Below are positions 17,357-24,865 of a DNA stretch of 34,520 nucleotides, one piece after another. The translations under genes and the position numbers were made by a program. The stretch spans positions 1-34,520 of IMG/VR virus record IMGVR_UViG_3300033407_000078. One strand, 5' to 3'. Source of the stretch: a virus. Lineage: Duplodnaviria; Caudoviricetes. A model generated the notes under the pieces. That model was not told the origin of the DNA. It searched no databases and saw nothing but the letters and a program-made list of their open reading frames with translations. Within the stretch, counting starts at the first letter, position 1; every line of letters begins with the position of its first letter.

Positions 17357-17442
17357 CGTCTTCTCCTAAAGCGCCGCCGGCCGGCCGATTTGGCCAGCGA
17401 GCCGGGAGAAGGAGGCCCGCGCCAGCGGCAAAAAGCTTTTCT
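17357..17442 (-). ncRNA. Candidate structured cis-regulatory RNA: three-way junction with loop-SD pseudoknot
   Basis: Hand folding: AAAGC/GCUUU plus GCCGCUGGC/GCCGGCGGC closing stem; hairpin GCGGGCC-UCCUUCUCCC-GGCUCGC; hairpin UGGCC-AAAUC-GGCCG. Loop CUUCUCC is complementary to GGAGAAG just before the AUG. Confidence 0.55.
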
Positions 17443-18390
17443 TTACGAACTCACGGTCCCGGCAGCGACACCGCGCAGACCGTCGGCGTCCACCACCTCG
17501 TTGTTGAACAGCTGCGTGCTCCCCGGGGTGTTGATATGGTCGGCCTCGGAAAAGGCACCCATGCACCGGAGCTTGTTTTCGTGGATCCAGCCGGTGAGCC
17601 CCGTCATGCCCGTGATGCACGCGACGCTTGAGGCCAGGATGTTTTTGACCCGGTTGTTCTCGATGTTCACTCTCAGGCTGGCCGTGGTCAGTGCCTGAAT
17701 GGCCCCGACCGTGGTGCCCGAGGTGGCGCAGTCGATCTCGTTGTCCTTGATGACGGCGTCGTCCGCCGCCACCAGGCGAACCATGGTCGTAACGGGGGCC
17801 GCGACGAGAGACAGGCACTTGTTCCTCTGGAAGGAGAAGAAGGAGCCACCGGCGGCGGTGGCGATGGGCAGGGTGGACAACTGGTTGGCGTCGAAGCCCG
17901 CGTAAATGAGACAGTCTTCTATCCGACAGCCGGCGGCGCTGACGGCGATGGCGCCGGTCACGGTGAGCGCGTCGCCGGCCGCGTGCGGTCCGGCCAGGAA
18001 CAGCTTCATCCTGCGCACGGTGATGTTGGCCGTATCGAACGCCCAAGTCGATCCCGCGGCCGTCCACGTCAGGCTCGGCCACTCGTTGGGGTTGTCGCCT
18101 TCGCCCTCGATCGTGACGTTGGTCTTGCTGCCGATGGCGCTGAAGTAGTCAGCCGCCGACACGTTTTCCGCCGACCCCCGGCGCACGAGGATGTGCGTCC
18201 CACGGCTCTCCGGGTCGACGTAATTGGCGTGGAACGCCGCCGCGAGGGTTGCCTTCGGCTTGTCGTAGGAGTCGCCCCGCACGCCGGTCAGGTAGCCGGC
18301 CGACGGCGTACCCACGAACAGGCGCTTGGCGTAGCCGCCGCTGACGACGATCCCCGAGGCCTGGATTGAGCTGAAGTTGGTCGCGCTCAT
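17443..18390 (-). CDS. Right-handed beta-helix protein directly after the capsid gene (putative head fibre/decoration)
   Basis: GDSYDKPKATLAAA motif and beta-helix coils IEDCLI, IKDNEI, IENNRV, IHENKL. Confidence 0.7.
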   Translation of the reverse strand: MSATNFSSIQASGIVVSGGYAKRLFVGTPSAGYLTGVRGDSYDKPKATLAAAFHANYVDPESRGTHILVRRGSAENVSAADYFSAIGSKTNVTIEGEGDNPNEWPSLTWTAAGSTWAFDTANITVRRMKLFLAGPHAAGDALTVTGAIAVSAAGCRIEDCLIYAGFDANQLSTLPIATAAGGSFFSFQRNKCLSLVAAPVTTMVRLVAADDAVIKDNEIDCATSGTTVGAIQALTTASLRVNIENNRVKNILASSVACITGMTGLTGWIHENKLRCMGAFSEADHINTPGSTQLFNNEVVDADGLRGVAAGTVSS

Positions 18391-18397
18391 GGCCGCC

Positions 18398-19330
18398 TCA
18401 GATGTCCGAGCCCTGGATGCCGCGCCACTCGTAGAAGTCGACGCCGTACATCACGTAGGCGCGGAAAAACCGCGTCCCCGTCTTGTCGTCGCCGAAGTCG
18501 TCGACCCGCGGCTCCGTCTCGACGAGCATGATCAGGCAGCCGTCGATCTGGGGGTGCACCACGAACCAGTTCGAAGAGCTGGCGAAGTGTGGGTTTCCCT
18601 CGATCCGGTACCGCTTGTTCTTGAGGACGTTGATCGCGTTGTTCGCGTTGTCGCTCTGGAGGGTCGACATCAGGATGCGCTCGGCCTCCTCGACGTAGTC
18701 CTCCGGCAGCGCCAGGATGCGCTCCCCGTCGCCCACGCCGACTGGGATACCCACGTCATCGAGGAACTTGCGGCTCTGCACCGCGGCCGCCTCGAGCGAC
18801 GCTTGGTCGAAGCTGACTGGACCGATGTAGTTGCTGTCCGTCCCGCCCTTGATGAGCCGGTGGCTGTCGTTGACCAGCGACACCAAGTCCGGCCCGGGGG
18901 CGTTCGTGGTGTCGAAGGCGTTGGCGAAGATATCCGCCGCGTCCGTCTCCATCGCGATGTGGACCGAGTCGTTCACCATCTCGGTGGGCTTGAGCACCTG
19001 TCGGGGCGAGATCTGCCCGCGGCTCAAAAACCGCTGCATCTCCTCGCTGATGGGGATCATGACGGCGCGGGCGGTGACGTTGACCCGCTTGGTCTCGCCC
19101 TGCTTGGGCACGTCGATCTTGGTCTGCGCGTTCTGCTCTTTGATGGGAGCCGGGCCAATGCCCGACATGCGCGAGAATTCCTCGAAGGGCTTCTTCGTGG
19201 TCATCTTCTTGAAGCCCTGCTTTTCCCAACGCTTGGCCTGCATGCCGTTGCGGTGGCGCCACATCTTCATGATGGTGCCGCGAAGACTCGCGTCGTCGAA
19301 CTCGTGACTGGTGATGGACTCGGTTGCCAT
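18398..19330 (-). CDS. Major capsid protein (HK97 fold, Mu gpT-like family)
   Basis: 310 aa. FEEF..MSG.G.AP.K.Q, I.ISEE, E..AA.IF.NAF, GPD.VSL....H, A.RIL.S.LQ.D.ANN.IN and WRGI.GS motifs. Confidence 0.9.
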   Translation of the reverse strand: MATESITSHEFDDASLRGTIMKMWRHRNGMQAKRWEKQGFKKMTTKKPFEEFSRMSGIGPAPIKEQNAQTKIDVPKQGETKRVNVTARAVMIPISEEMQRFLSRGQISPRQVLKPTEMVNDSVHIAMETDAADIFANAFDTTNAPGPDLVSLVNDSHRLIKGGTDSNYIGPVSFDQASLEAAAVQSRKFLDDVGIPVGVGDGERILALPEDYVEEAERILMSTLQSDNANNAINVLKNKRYRIEGNPHFASSSNWFVVHPQIDGCLIMLVETEPRVDDFGDDKTGTRFFRAYVMYGVDFYEWRGIQGSDI

Positions 19331-19340
19331 GGTCGCTCCC

Positions 19341-19973
19341 TTAGATACCGGTCGTCGAGTGACCCACGACCGGAAGGCCCTGGATCAGGTTGGGGATGAC
19401 GATCGCGTGAAAGTTGACCTGCAGCGGGTCGTTGTAGGGTGCCTTGACCCAGTCGAGCACCCGCCACTGCTTGGCCGTGGTGGCCGCCGTCGAGGTATCG
19501 AGAAAGATCGACGAGCGCCCCAGAGCCGGGACCGCAGCGCCGGACTCGTACGCGTGGTAATAGTTGACGAAGTTGCCGGTGAGTGCGGCCGCGATGTCGG
19601 CGTGAGCCGTGTCGGCCTTCACCTTGAAGCGCCGGCTCGAATTGGCGAGCACGCACTTGAGGAGTGAACGGTCCTTGTAGGCCGTCCATCGCGTGTTTGC
19701 CGGAAGGTAGCGGTTGCCGTTGGTCCGCAACACGCCGTCGGCGTCCACTCGCTGAATGATTTCAACGATCACGGCCATGATGCCGTCCACGGTGGCATCG
19801 GTGCCGGAGCCCCCTGGCGTCCGGGCGACGGTGCCATCGTCAACGGCGAGGACCGGCTCGCCGGGGTAAAGAGCCGTTCCGTAGTTGTCGGCCACGACCA
19901 ACTCCACGAGATCACTCTCGCTGTAGTCGATGGGGACGAACCCGGCAGTGATTCCGCTGTTTGCTCGTGCCAT
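19341..19973 (-). CDS. Putative head decoration / cement protein
   Basis: 210 aa immediately upstream of the MCP. GFVP, Y.TALYPGEPV....DG and G.S...LD motifs typical of that gene position. Confidence 0.65.
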   Translation of the reverse strand: MARANSGITAGFVPIDYSESDLVELVVADNYGTALYPGEPVLAVDDGTVARTPGGSGTDATVDGIMAVIVEIIQRVDADGVLRTNGNRYLPANTRWTAYKDRSLLKCVLANSSRRFKVKADTAHADIAAALTGNFVNYYHAYESGAAVPALGRSSIFLDTSTAATTAKQWRVLDWVKAPYNDPLQVNFHAIVIPNLIQGLPVVGHSTTGI

Positions 19974-19983
19974 GGTGTTCCTC

Positions 19984-20568
19984 TTAGATGTCGACGGTCA
20001 TCGTGGTGCGCGTGACCTTGGTGGTAATCGGGTCGCTCATGGGGACGCCCGGCATTTGCTGACTGTCGGCGTGCATGTACGCCATGGCCCGTTGGTGCTG
20101 CCGGCGGGCCGGGTCCAGCGCCGTGTACTTGGCGGAGATCGCCTCGGGCATCGCGTGCAGGAAGAGCCCCCGGTACTCGATGGGCTCATTGTCCTTGCCC
20201 TTGAGCAGGTGGCGGTACTCGAGTACGCGCTCGTCGTCCCACGTGAGCTGCTGCCACGCCCGGTGGCTGTGGCGGGCCATGTCCTTGCGGCTGACCCAAA
20301 AGGGCTTCCATCCTGGGACAAGCTTCACGTTGAAGGGCTGACCGAAGCCGTCGAGATCCGCCAAGATCTCGCTGTCCGAGCGGACGAGCGGCTGCGCCTT
20401 GCTCGCGCCCTTGCGCCCGTCACGCGCCCCGCGCGCACTGTCGGTGCGCAGCTTCGGGCGCGACACACTGCCGGGAGGCCTGCCGCGCTTGCGGCGCGGG
20501 CGGCTCGATTCCTCGGCTTCCTGGATATCCGGTTGCGGCTCGACCCCTAACGACGTGTCGTCGGACAC
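19984..20568 (-). CDS. Hypothetical head-region protein with AT-hook-like KRGRPPGS
   Basis: GTG start with AGGAG SD. PGW.PFWV...W...GL.L..MP pattern of the conserved gene found between scaffold and decoration genes. Confidence 0.7.
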   Translation of the reverse strand: MSDDTSLGVEPQPDIQEAEESSRPRRKRGRPPGSVSRPKLRTDSARGARDGRKGASKAQPLVRSDSEILADLDGFGQPFNVKLVPGWKPFWVSRKDMARHSHRAWQQLTWDDERVLEYRHLLKGKDNEPIEYRGLFLHAMPEAISAKYTALDPARRQHQRAMAYMHADSQQMPGVPMSDPITTKVTRTTMTVDI

Positions 20569-20723
20569 TCGCGACTCCTGAGCTTGCGTTGGCCGCCTTG
20601 CTCGCCGCTCGCGCTCGCGGTAACTGCGCGTCGGGGAAGTCGCTCCGTTCGGGTCGGCGCCGCGTGACCGCGGCCCTCCCAGGAGGGTAAGTTAAGTGAG
20701 AACTAACGAATCCCGAAAGTCAA
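20569..20723 (-). promoter_or_regulatory. Candidate promoter (TTGACT) plus structured ~120-nt leader of the head operon
   Basis: TTGACT at 20723-20718 in an AT-rich patch, with a weak -10. Hairpins CCCUC/GAGGG and CCGCG/CGCGG. GCGACUUC is complementary to GGAGUCGC, which contains the SD. Confidence 0.45.
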
Positions 20724-20729
20724 GACCAA

Positions 20730-21674
20730 TTACACATTGGCCCGACGTTTTCCTGTCGTCATACCCGGCTGCACCACCTCTTCGAGGTACTCCTTTTCGT
20801 TCTTCACGATACCCTGCTCGCGCAGGTACTCGTAATTAGCGCGCGCCTGGGGCGTCCACCGCAGTCCCTGCAGGCCGTTGCCGCCGCCGCCGGCGGCAGC
20901 GGTGATGGTGCGGCTGCCATCGCCATCCACGGCGCTCTGGCGGCCCGCTGGAAGCGCGGGGGCGGCCGGGGTCGCTCCGTGGACGGGAAGTCCCCAGTTC
21001 TGCCCCACGCTGGCGATGGCGCGCCTGACGACGTAATCTTTGACCGTCGGGTCGCCGAGGTTCTTCTGTTCACGGTGAGCAATCCGCTTGGCTTCGCTTA
21101 CCACGTCGCGGTATCGCTCCTGGTCGTTGAGCCACGGAGCGGCCGCGAAATAGGCCATCTCCGTCGGGTCCTGCTGAGGCTGTTTCCGCATTTCCTCCAG
21201 CAGCGACTTTTTCGTGGCCTCCGCTTCCTCCTTCGCGGCCTCGCGGATAATCATGGCCTGCTCTTCGAAGAACCTCTCCGCCGTCGCTGGATCCTCGTCG
21301 CGGATCAGCGCCGCCCGGTTTTTCATGCGCTCGACAGCCTTTTTGATGGGGTCGACGGCGGGGGCGGCCGGCGCCGCGGGAGCCGCCTGGCGCTGAGCCA
21401 GTAGGTCGCGGATGAGCTGGTTTTGCTGGTTCTGTTGATTCTGCAGCATTTCCAGCTGGGCCTTGAGCGGCGCCGACGCCTGCTCGGCGATTCGCTGTTC
21501 GTGCTCCTTCTGGCGCTGGCGCTGGCGCTCCCGGCGATTCGGCTTCCCGTCACCGTCCCCCGCGTCAGCCGCGCGCTGGTCTTCGCCTCCGCCGGTGTCG
21601 CCGTCGTCGCCAACGTCGATGACCTGGCCGTCCTGGGGTTCGCCTTCGAGCTCGATTCCGTCTTCCGTTGCCAT
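20730..21674 (-). CDS. Putative capsid scaffolding protein
   Basis: Acidic N-terminus, coiled-coil, A/P linker and short helical C-terminal domain. Lies between portal and capsid genes. AAGGAG SD. Confidence 0.7.
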   Translation of the reverse strand: MATEDGIELEGEPQDGQVIDVGDDGDTGGGEDQRAADAGDGDGKPNRRERQRQRQKEHEQRIAEQASAPLKAQLEMLQNQQNQQNQLIRDLLAQRQAAPAAPAAPAVDPIKKAVERMKNRAALIRDEDPATAERFFEEQAMIIREAAKEEAEATKKSLLEEMRKQPQQDPTEMAYFAAAPWLNDQERYRDVVSEAKRIAHREQKNLGDPTVKDYVVRRAIASVGQNWGLPVHGATPAAPALPAGRQSAVDGDGSRTITAAAGGGGNGLQGLRWTPQARANYEYLREQGIVKNEKEYLEEVVQPGMTTGKRRANV

Positions 21675-21685
21675 GTGCCTTCTCC

Positions 21686-22333
21686 TTACGCCGCCGTCGC
21701 GGTCTGTCCGTACTTCTGACGCGGGATCATGATGTGTTCGACCTCGCCACCCTTGTGCGTGAGGCGCACGACCTCCATTGTCGGCTCATCGCCGCAGAGT
21801 CGCGCCTTCGTGTCGGTCGACTGGTGCAAAAAGCTGACCTTCAGCTCGAGCACCTTCTTTTCGCCGAAAAGCTTGTTTCGCAGATCCTTTGTGCCCTCCT
21901 CGGCGTATTTCAGGCCTCGCTCATCGTCGAGGCCGAATCCCTGGGCCCGCTGGATCAGCGCCTGCGTGGCCTCCTCTAGCAGGCTCGCGCTCGCCTCCTC
22001 GCCCGCGTACTTACTGAAACTGACGATGTCGCCGACGAAAATGCCGTGGCTGTGGATGATATCCATGGCCTCGAGGCCGGCGGAGAGCAGCAGCCCGAAC
22101 GACATGGGCATGCGGCTTTGCTCGGGGATGACGATGCCCCCCTTGGTCACCTCGCGCTCGGGCAGGCGGTAGACGTTGCACAGGTCCTGCGCGGGCGCCC
22201 AATTGAATTCCGGCGCCTCCAACTCTTTGACACGCTTTTCCAGTCGGGCGTGCGCCTCGCGGAAAAGGTCGTCCCACTCGCGGTCGAGGTTGGGCAGCAC
22301 GCGCAGGCTGCGTACGGGCCGCGAGCGGCTCAC
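21686..22333 (-). CDS. groES: GroES (Cpn10)-like co-chaperonin, extended (215 aa)
   Basis: P.QD..NV.R...EVTKGGIVIPE mobile loop, G.LLSAG and VGDIVSFSKYAG.E motifs. Start reassigned to GTG 22333 (GTGA overlap). Confidence 0.75.
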   Translation of the reverse strand: MSRSRPVRSLRVLPNLDREWDDLFREAHARLEKRVKELEAPEFNWAPAQDLCNVYRLPEREVTKGGIVIPEQSRMPMSFGLLLSAGLEAMDIIHSHGIFVGDIVSFSKYAGEEASASLLEEATQALIQRAQGFGLDDERGLKYAEEGTKDLRNKLFGEKKVLELKVSFLHQSTDTKARLCGDEPTMEVVRLTHKGGEVEHIMIPRQKYGQTATAA

Positions 22334-22584
22334 CACGCCACCTGCTCTTTCTCGGCCGGCGGTCTTTCCGGAAGCAGGAACAGCGCGGCCTTTATCCCGC
22401 GTACGCCTTGCAGGGTCCCGCGGTAAAACACGCGGTGCTCGTCGCCCATCACCGGCATGCACGCCGCCTCCAGGCTACTCAGTTCGTCTCGCTCCATTTC
22501 GTCCAGCATGGCCCGGATGGCCTCGCCGACCGGGCTGCCGATGAATTGCGCTTGCAGCGCCTCGGTCCACTCCACGTTAGGCAT
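22330..22584 (-). CDS. Small helical hypothetical protein following the portal gene (84 aa)
   Basis: Start reassigned to ATG 22584. W.......I...L / YRG.LQG...I pattern common in the gene after podophage portals. Confidence 0.7.
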   Translation of the reverse strand: MPNVEWTEALQAQFIGSPVGEAIRAMLDEMERDELSSLEAACMPVMGDEHRVFYRGTLQGVRGIKAALFLLPERPPAEKEQVAW

Positions 22585-24865
22585 TCGCTTCTCCTTCTCC
22601 TGGTGGCAACGCCCCCGGCTGGGGGCCAGTCTGCCCCGGCGGGCCTTCTTCGCCCGGAGGCGGTCCGCCTTCTCCCGGCGGGCCACCGCCGCCAGGCCCG
22701 GGCATCATCGGCGCCGCCATATTGGGCATCGGCGCGCGCTTGATCTGGTCGATGAACTCGCGGTCCATCCCCGCCGCGCGCATCATGTTTACCGCCGCGC
22801 CCCGCAACAGCATGGTCATCGTCATCGGGTCGAGCACAGGGGGGCCGCCCGGCCCGGCTGTCGTCTGGCTGATCTGCAGCGCTGTCTGCATGACTTTGGC
22901 GGCTCGGCGTTCCTTGACGCTCTTGCCCTCCATGGCCGGGTCGGTCGTGAACTTGACCTCCATCTCCCCTAAGATCGCCTGGTAGTGCTCGCGCGTGACA
23001 CGCACTGGGTCCATGACGTCCGTCTCTTCGCCCGTCATGGGGTCCGTCTGCTTGGCCGGCCGGTAGACCACCACGCCCTCCTCGGGGAGCTTTTCGGCGT
23101 AGATGCGCGCCAAGTTCTTGATGCTGTAACCGCTCGATCGGAACCAATTACCCATGACGTACGCGATGTTGTCGGTCGCGCTCGACATGCGGTTTTCGTT
23201 CTCGGTCGCCGTCTCGCCGCTCTTGCCGCTGGCGCCCTGGACGACGTCGAAGGCCGTGACCTCCTGACAACTCTTGTCGCTGATCTCCACGAACCGCCAG
23301 GCATTGGGGTCGGCCTGCGGGAATATCATGGTGGCAAACGGCAAGCCCTGCTTGAGCTGCTCGGGCGACATGTCCACTTCGTGGCTTTCACCCAGTCGCA
23401 ACCGAAACTCTCCTCGCGCCAATTTTGACCCTCGCGGGTGAAACGTCGTGGGTAGCAGGTGCATCGTCTCGAGTCCAACCGCGCGAGTGGCCACCCGGTC
23501 GGCGAGCTTATTGAAGCCCTTCACGTCGTTGAGCAACCCCGTGCCCAGGCTGCCGCGGGTATTGACGTCGCAGTCGTATTTGACGTACCGGTGCCACGGA
23601 ACGCTCCCGGGTGGCTGCGGATCCGGCTGCAGCTGCGGCTCGGGGGGAAATAGTTGCGGCGCCTCGGCCGCCATCTGCTCGGGTGGCACGCCGTACTCGG
23701 CCGCTGTCTGCCCGGCTGCCGCGCGCCACTCGCCCCGCAGGGCTTCGTTTACCATGTCGACGCGGCCCTTGTCCTCCTGCCAGCGCCGCATGTCAGGATA
23801 GTCGGGGATCTCCAGGCGCCTCAGGCTGACGATCTTCTTGCTGTCGCGCTCGCCGCACGCCTTGACCAACGTTGCCCGCTGCTCGCCCGGCAGCACCAGC
23901 ATGCAGTCCTGCTCAAGGATCTCGTACTCGCGATCGTTGTCGGTCAGCGGGCGCTCGACGCCCGCCATCGCGTCGCCCTCTTGCTGGACGGGCCGGTGGC
24001 TGAGTCCCGATGAACCTGCGGCGCCGTCGGGCTGCCCGTCCTTGTCCTTGGGTGTGCCGTCCTCGTTGTACAGCTCGGGGTCGAGGTACACGGGCGGCGC
24101 CATGTCGCCGTTTTGCAGTAGCAGCGGCTGCGTGATCCGCGAGTAGTAACCGCCGTCCTCCATGGCCAGCAGCTCGTGCAGGCGCCGCGGTTTCCGCCAC
24201 GTCTTCCGCGGGACGTCGCTCATGTCGGGGCGGTCGGTGCGCGCGACGTAACTGATCCACAGGTCTTCGTAGGTCAGAAATTCGTAACATGGGCGCCGTA
24301 GCAGCTCGTCCCAGTAAAAGGTGTCGAAGCCAACGCCGTGCTGGAGGACCGTCTTGAAGCCGCGGATGCGCGCGGGCACGAACTCCTCGATACGATTGCG
24401 GAGCTCGCCGTTCATGTGGATGGCGCACAGTTCGGCTGCCTCCTGCAGCGCCGGGCTGCGGACCGCGAACTCCACCAGGTCGTCGCCCTTGGGGTCGATG
24501 GCCGAGACGGCCTTGGTATGGAAGATTCGCACGGCGCGCTTGGCGTACGGCAGATGCATGACCGGCAAATTTGGCTGGTCCGGCACCGACTCAGGAAAGT
24601 CACCGTCGTAGTACTTCAGGTTTTCGGCGGTCTTTTCCCGCCAGTCCTTCACTGATGCGTAGTCGGCCTCGGCCTGGTCGACAATCTGCGCGCCCAGGCG
24701 GTCGAGCGTGGCGGCGTCGTAGGCGGTCATCAGGTTGTCGACGTCGGCCTGCGGCTCGGCCGGTAGCTCGGGCTCAACGGGCGGCGCCAGCTCGTCGCCG
24801 ATAGCCGGCATATCCGCGTCGTCCATCGGCGTGCCCAGGGTTTCCATGTCTTCCGGAGTTGCCAT
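22577..24865 (-). CDS. Portal protein
   Basis: 762 aa directly after TerL. WRE....L.YY, S.G.GL and V.QG..G..ETATE motifs, with a Pro/Gly/Met-rich C-terminal tail typical of P22-like portals. Confidence 0.85.
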   Translation of the reverse strand: MATPEDMETLGTPMDDADMPAIGDELAPPVEPELPAEPQADVDNLMTAYDAATLDRLGAQIVDQAEADYASVKDWREKTAENLKYYDGDFPESVPDQPNLPVMHLPYAKRAVRIFHTKAVSAIDPKGDDLVEFAVRSPALQEAAELCAIHMNGELRNRIEEFVPARIRGFKTVLQHGVGFDTFYWDELLRRPCYEFLTYEDLWISYVARTDRPDMSDVPRKTWRKPRRLHELLAMEDGGYYSRITQPLLLQNGDMAPPVYLDPELYNEDGTPKDKDGQPDGAAGSSGLSHRPVQQEGDAMAGVERPLTDNDREYEILEQDCMLVLPGEQRATLVKACGERDSKKIVSLRRLEIPDYPDMRRWQEDKGRVDMVNEALRGEWRAAAGQTAAEYGVPPEQMAAEAPQLFPPEPQLQPDPQPPGSVPWHRYVKYDCDVNTRGSLGTGLLNDVKGFNKLADRVATRAVGLETMHLLPTTFHPRGSKLARGEFRLRLGESHEVDMSPEQLKQGLPFATMIFPQADPNAWRFVEISDKSCQEVTAFDVVQGASGKSGETATENENRMSSATDNIAYVMGNWFRSSGYSIKNLARIYAEKLPEEGVVVYRPAKQTDPMTGEETDVMDPVRVTREHYQAILGEMEVKFTTDPAMEGKSVKERRAAKVMQTALQISQTTAGPGGPPVLDPMTMTMLLRGAAVNMMRAAGMDREFIDQIKRAPMPNMAAPMMPGPGGGGPPGEGGPPPGEEGPPGQTGPQPGALPPGEGEANA

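Noticed and set aside
17357-17442. Rho-independent terminator after the head genes
   Set aside because: On the coding strand the U-run is on the 5' side and the stem is followed by the SD. On the plus strand three pairs become A-C mismatches.
18390-18420. Programmed frameshift or readthrough fusing the capsid to the downstream beta-helix protein
   Set aside because: No slippery sequence is present, and the downstream ATG is out of frame with the capsid TGA.
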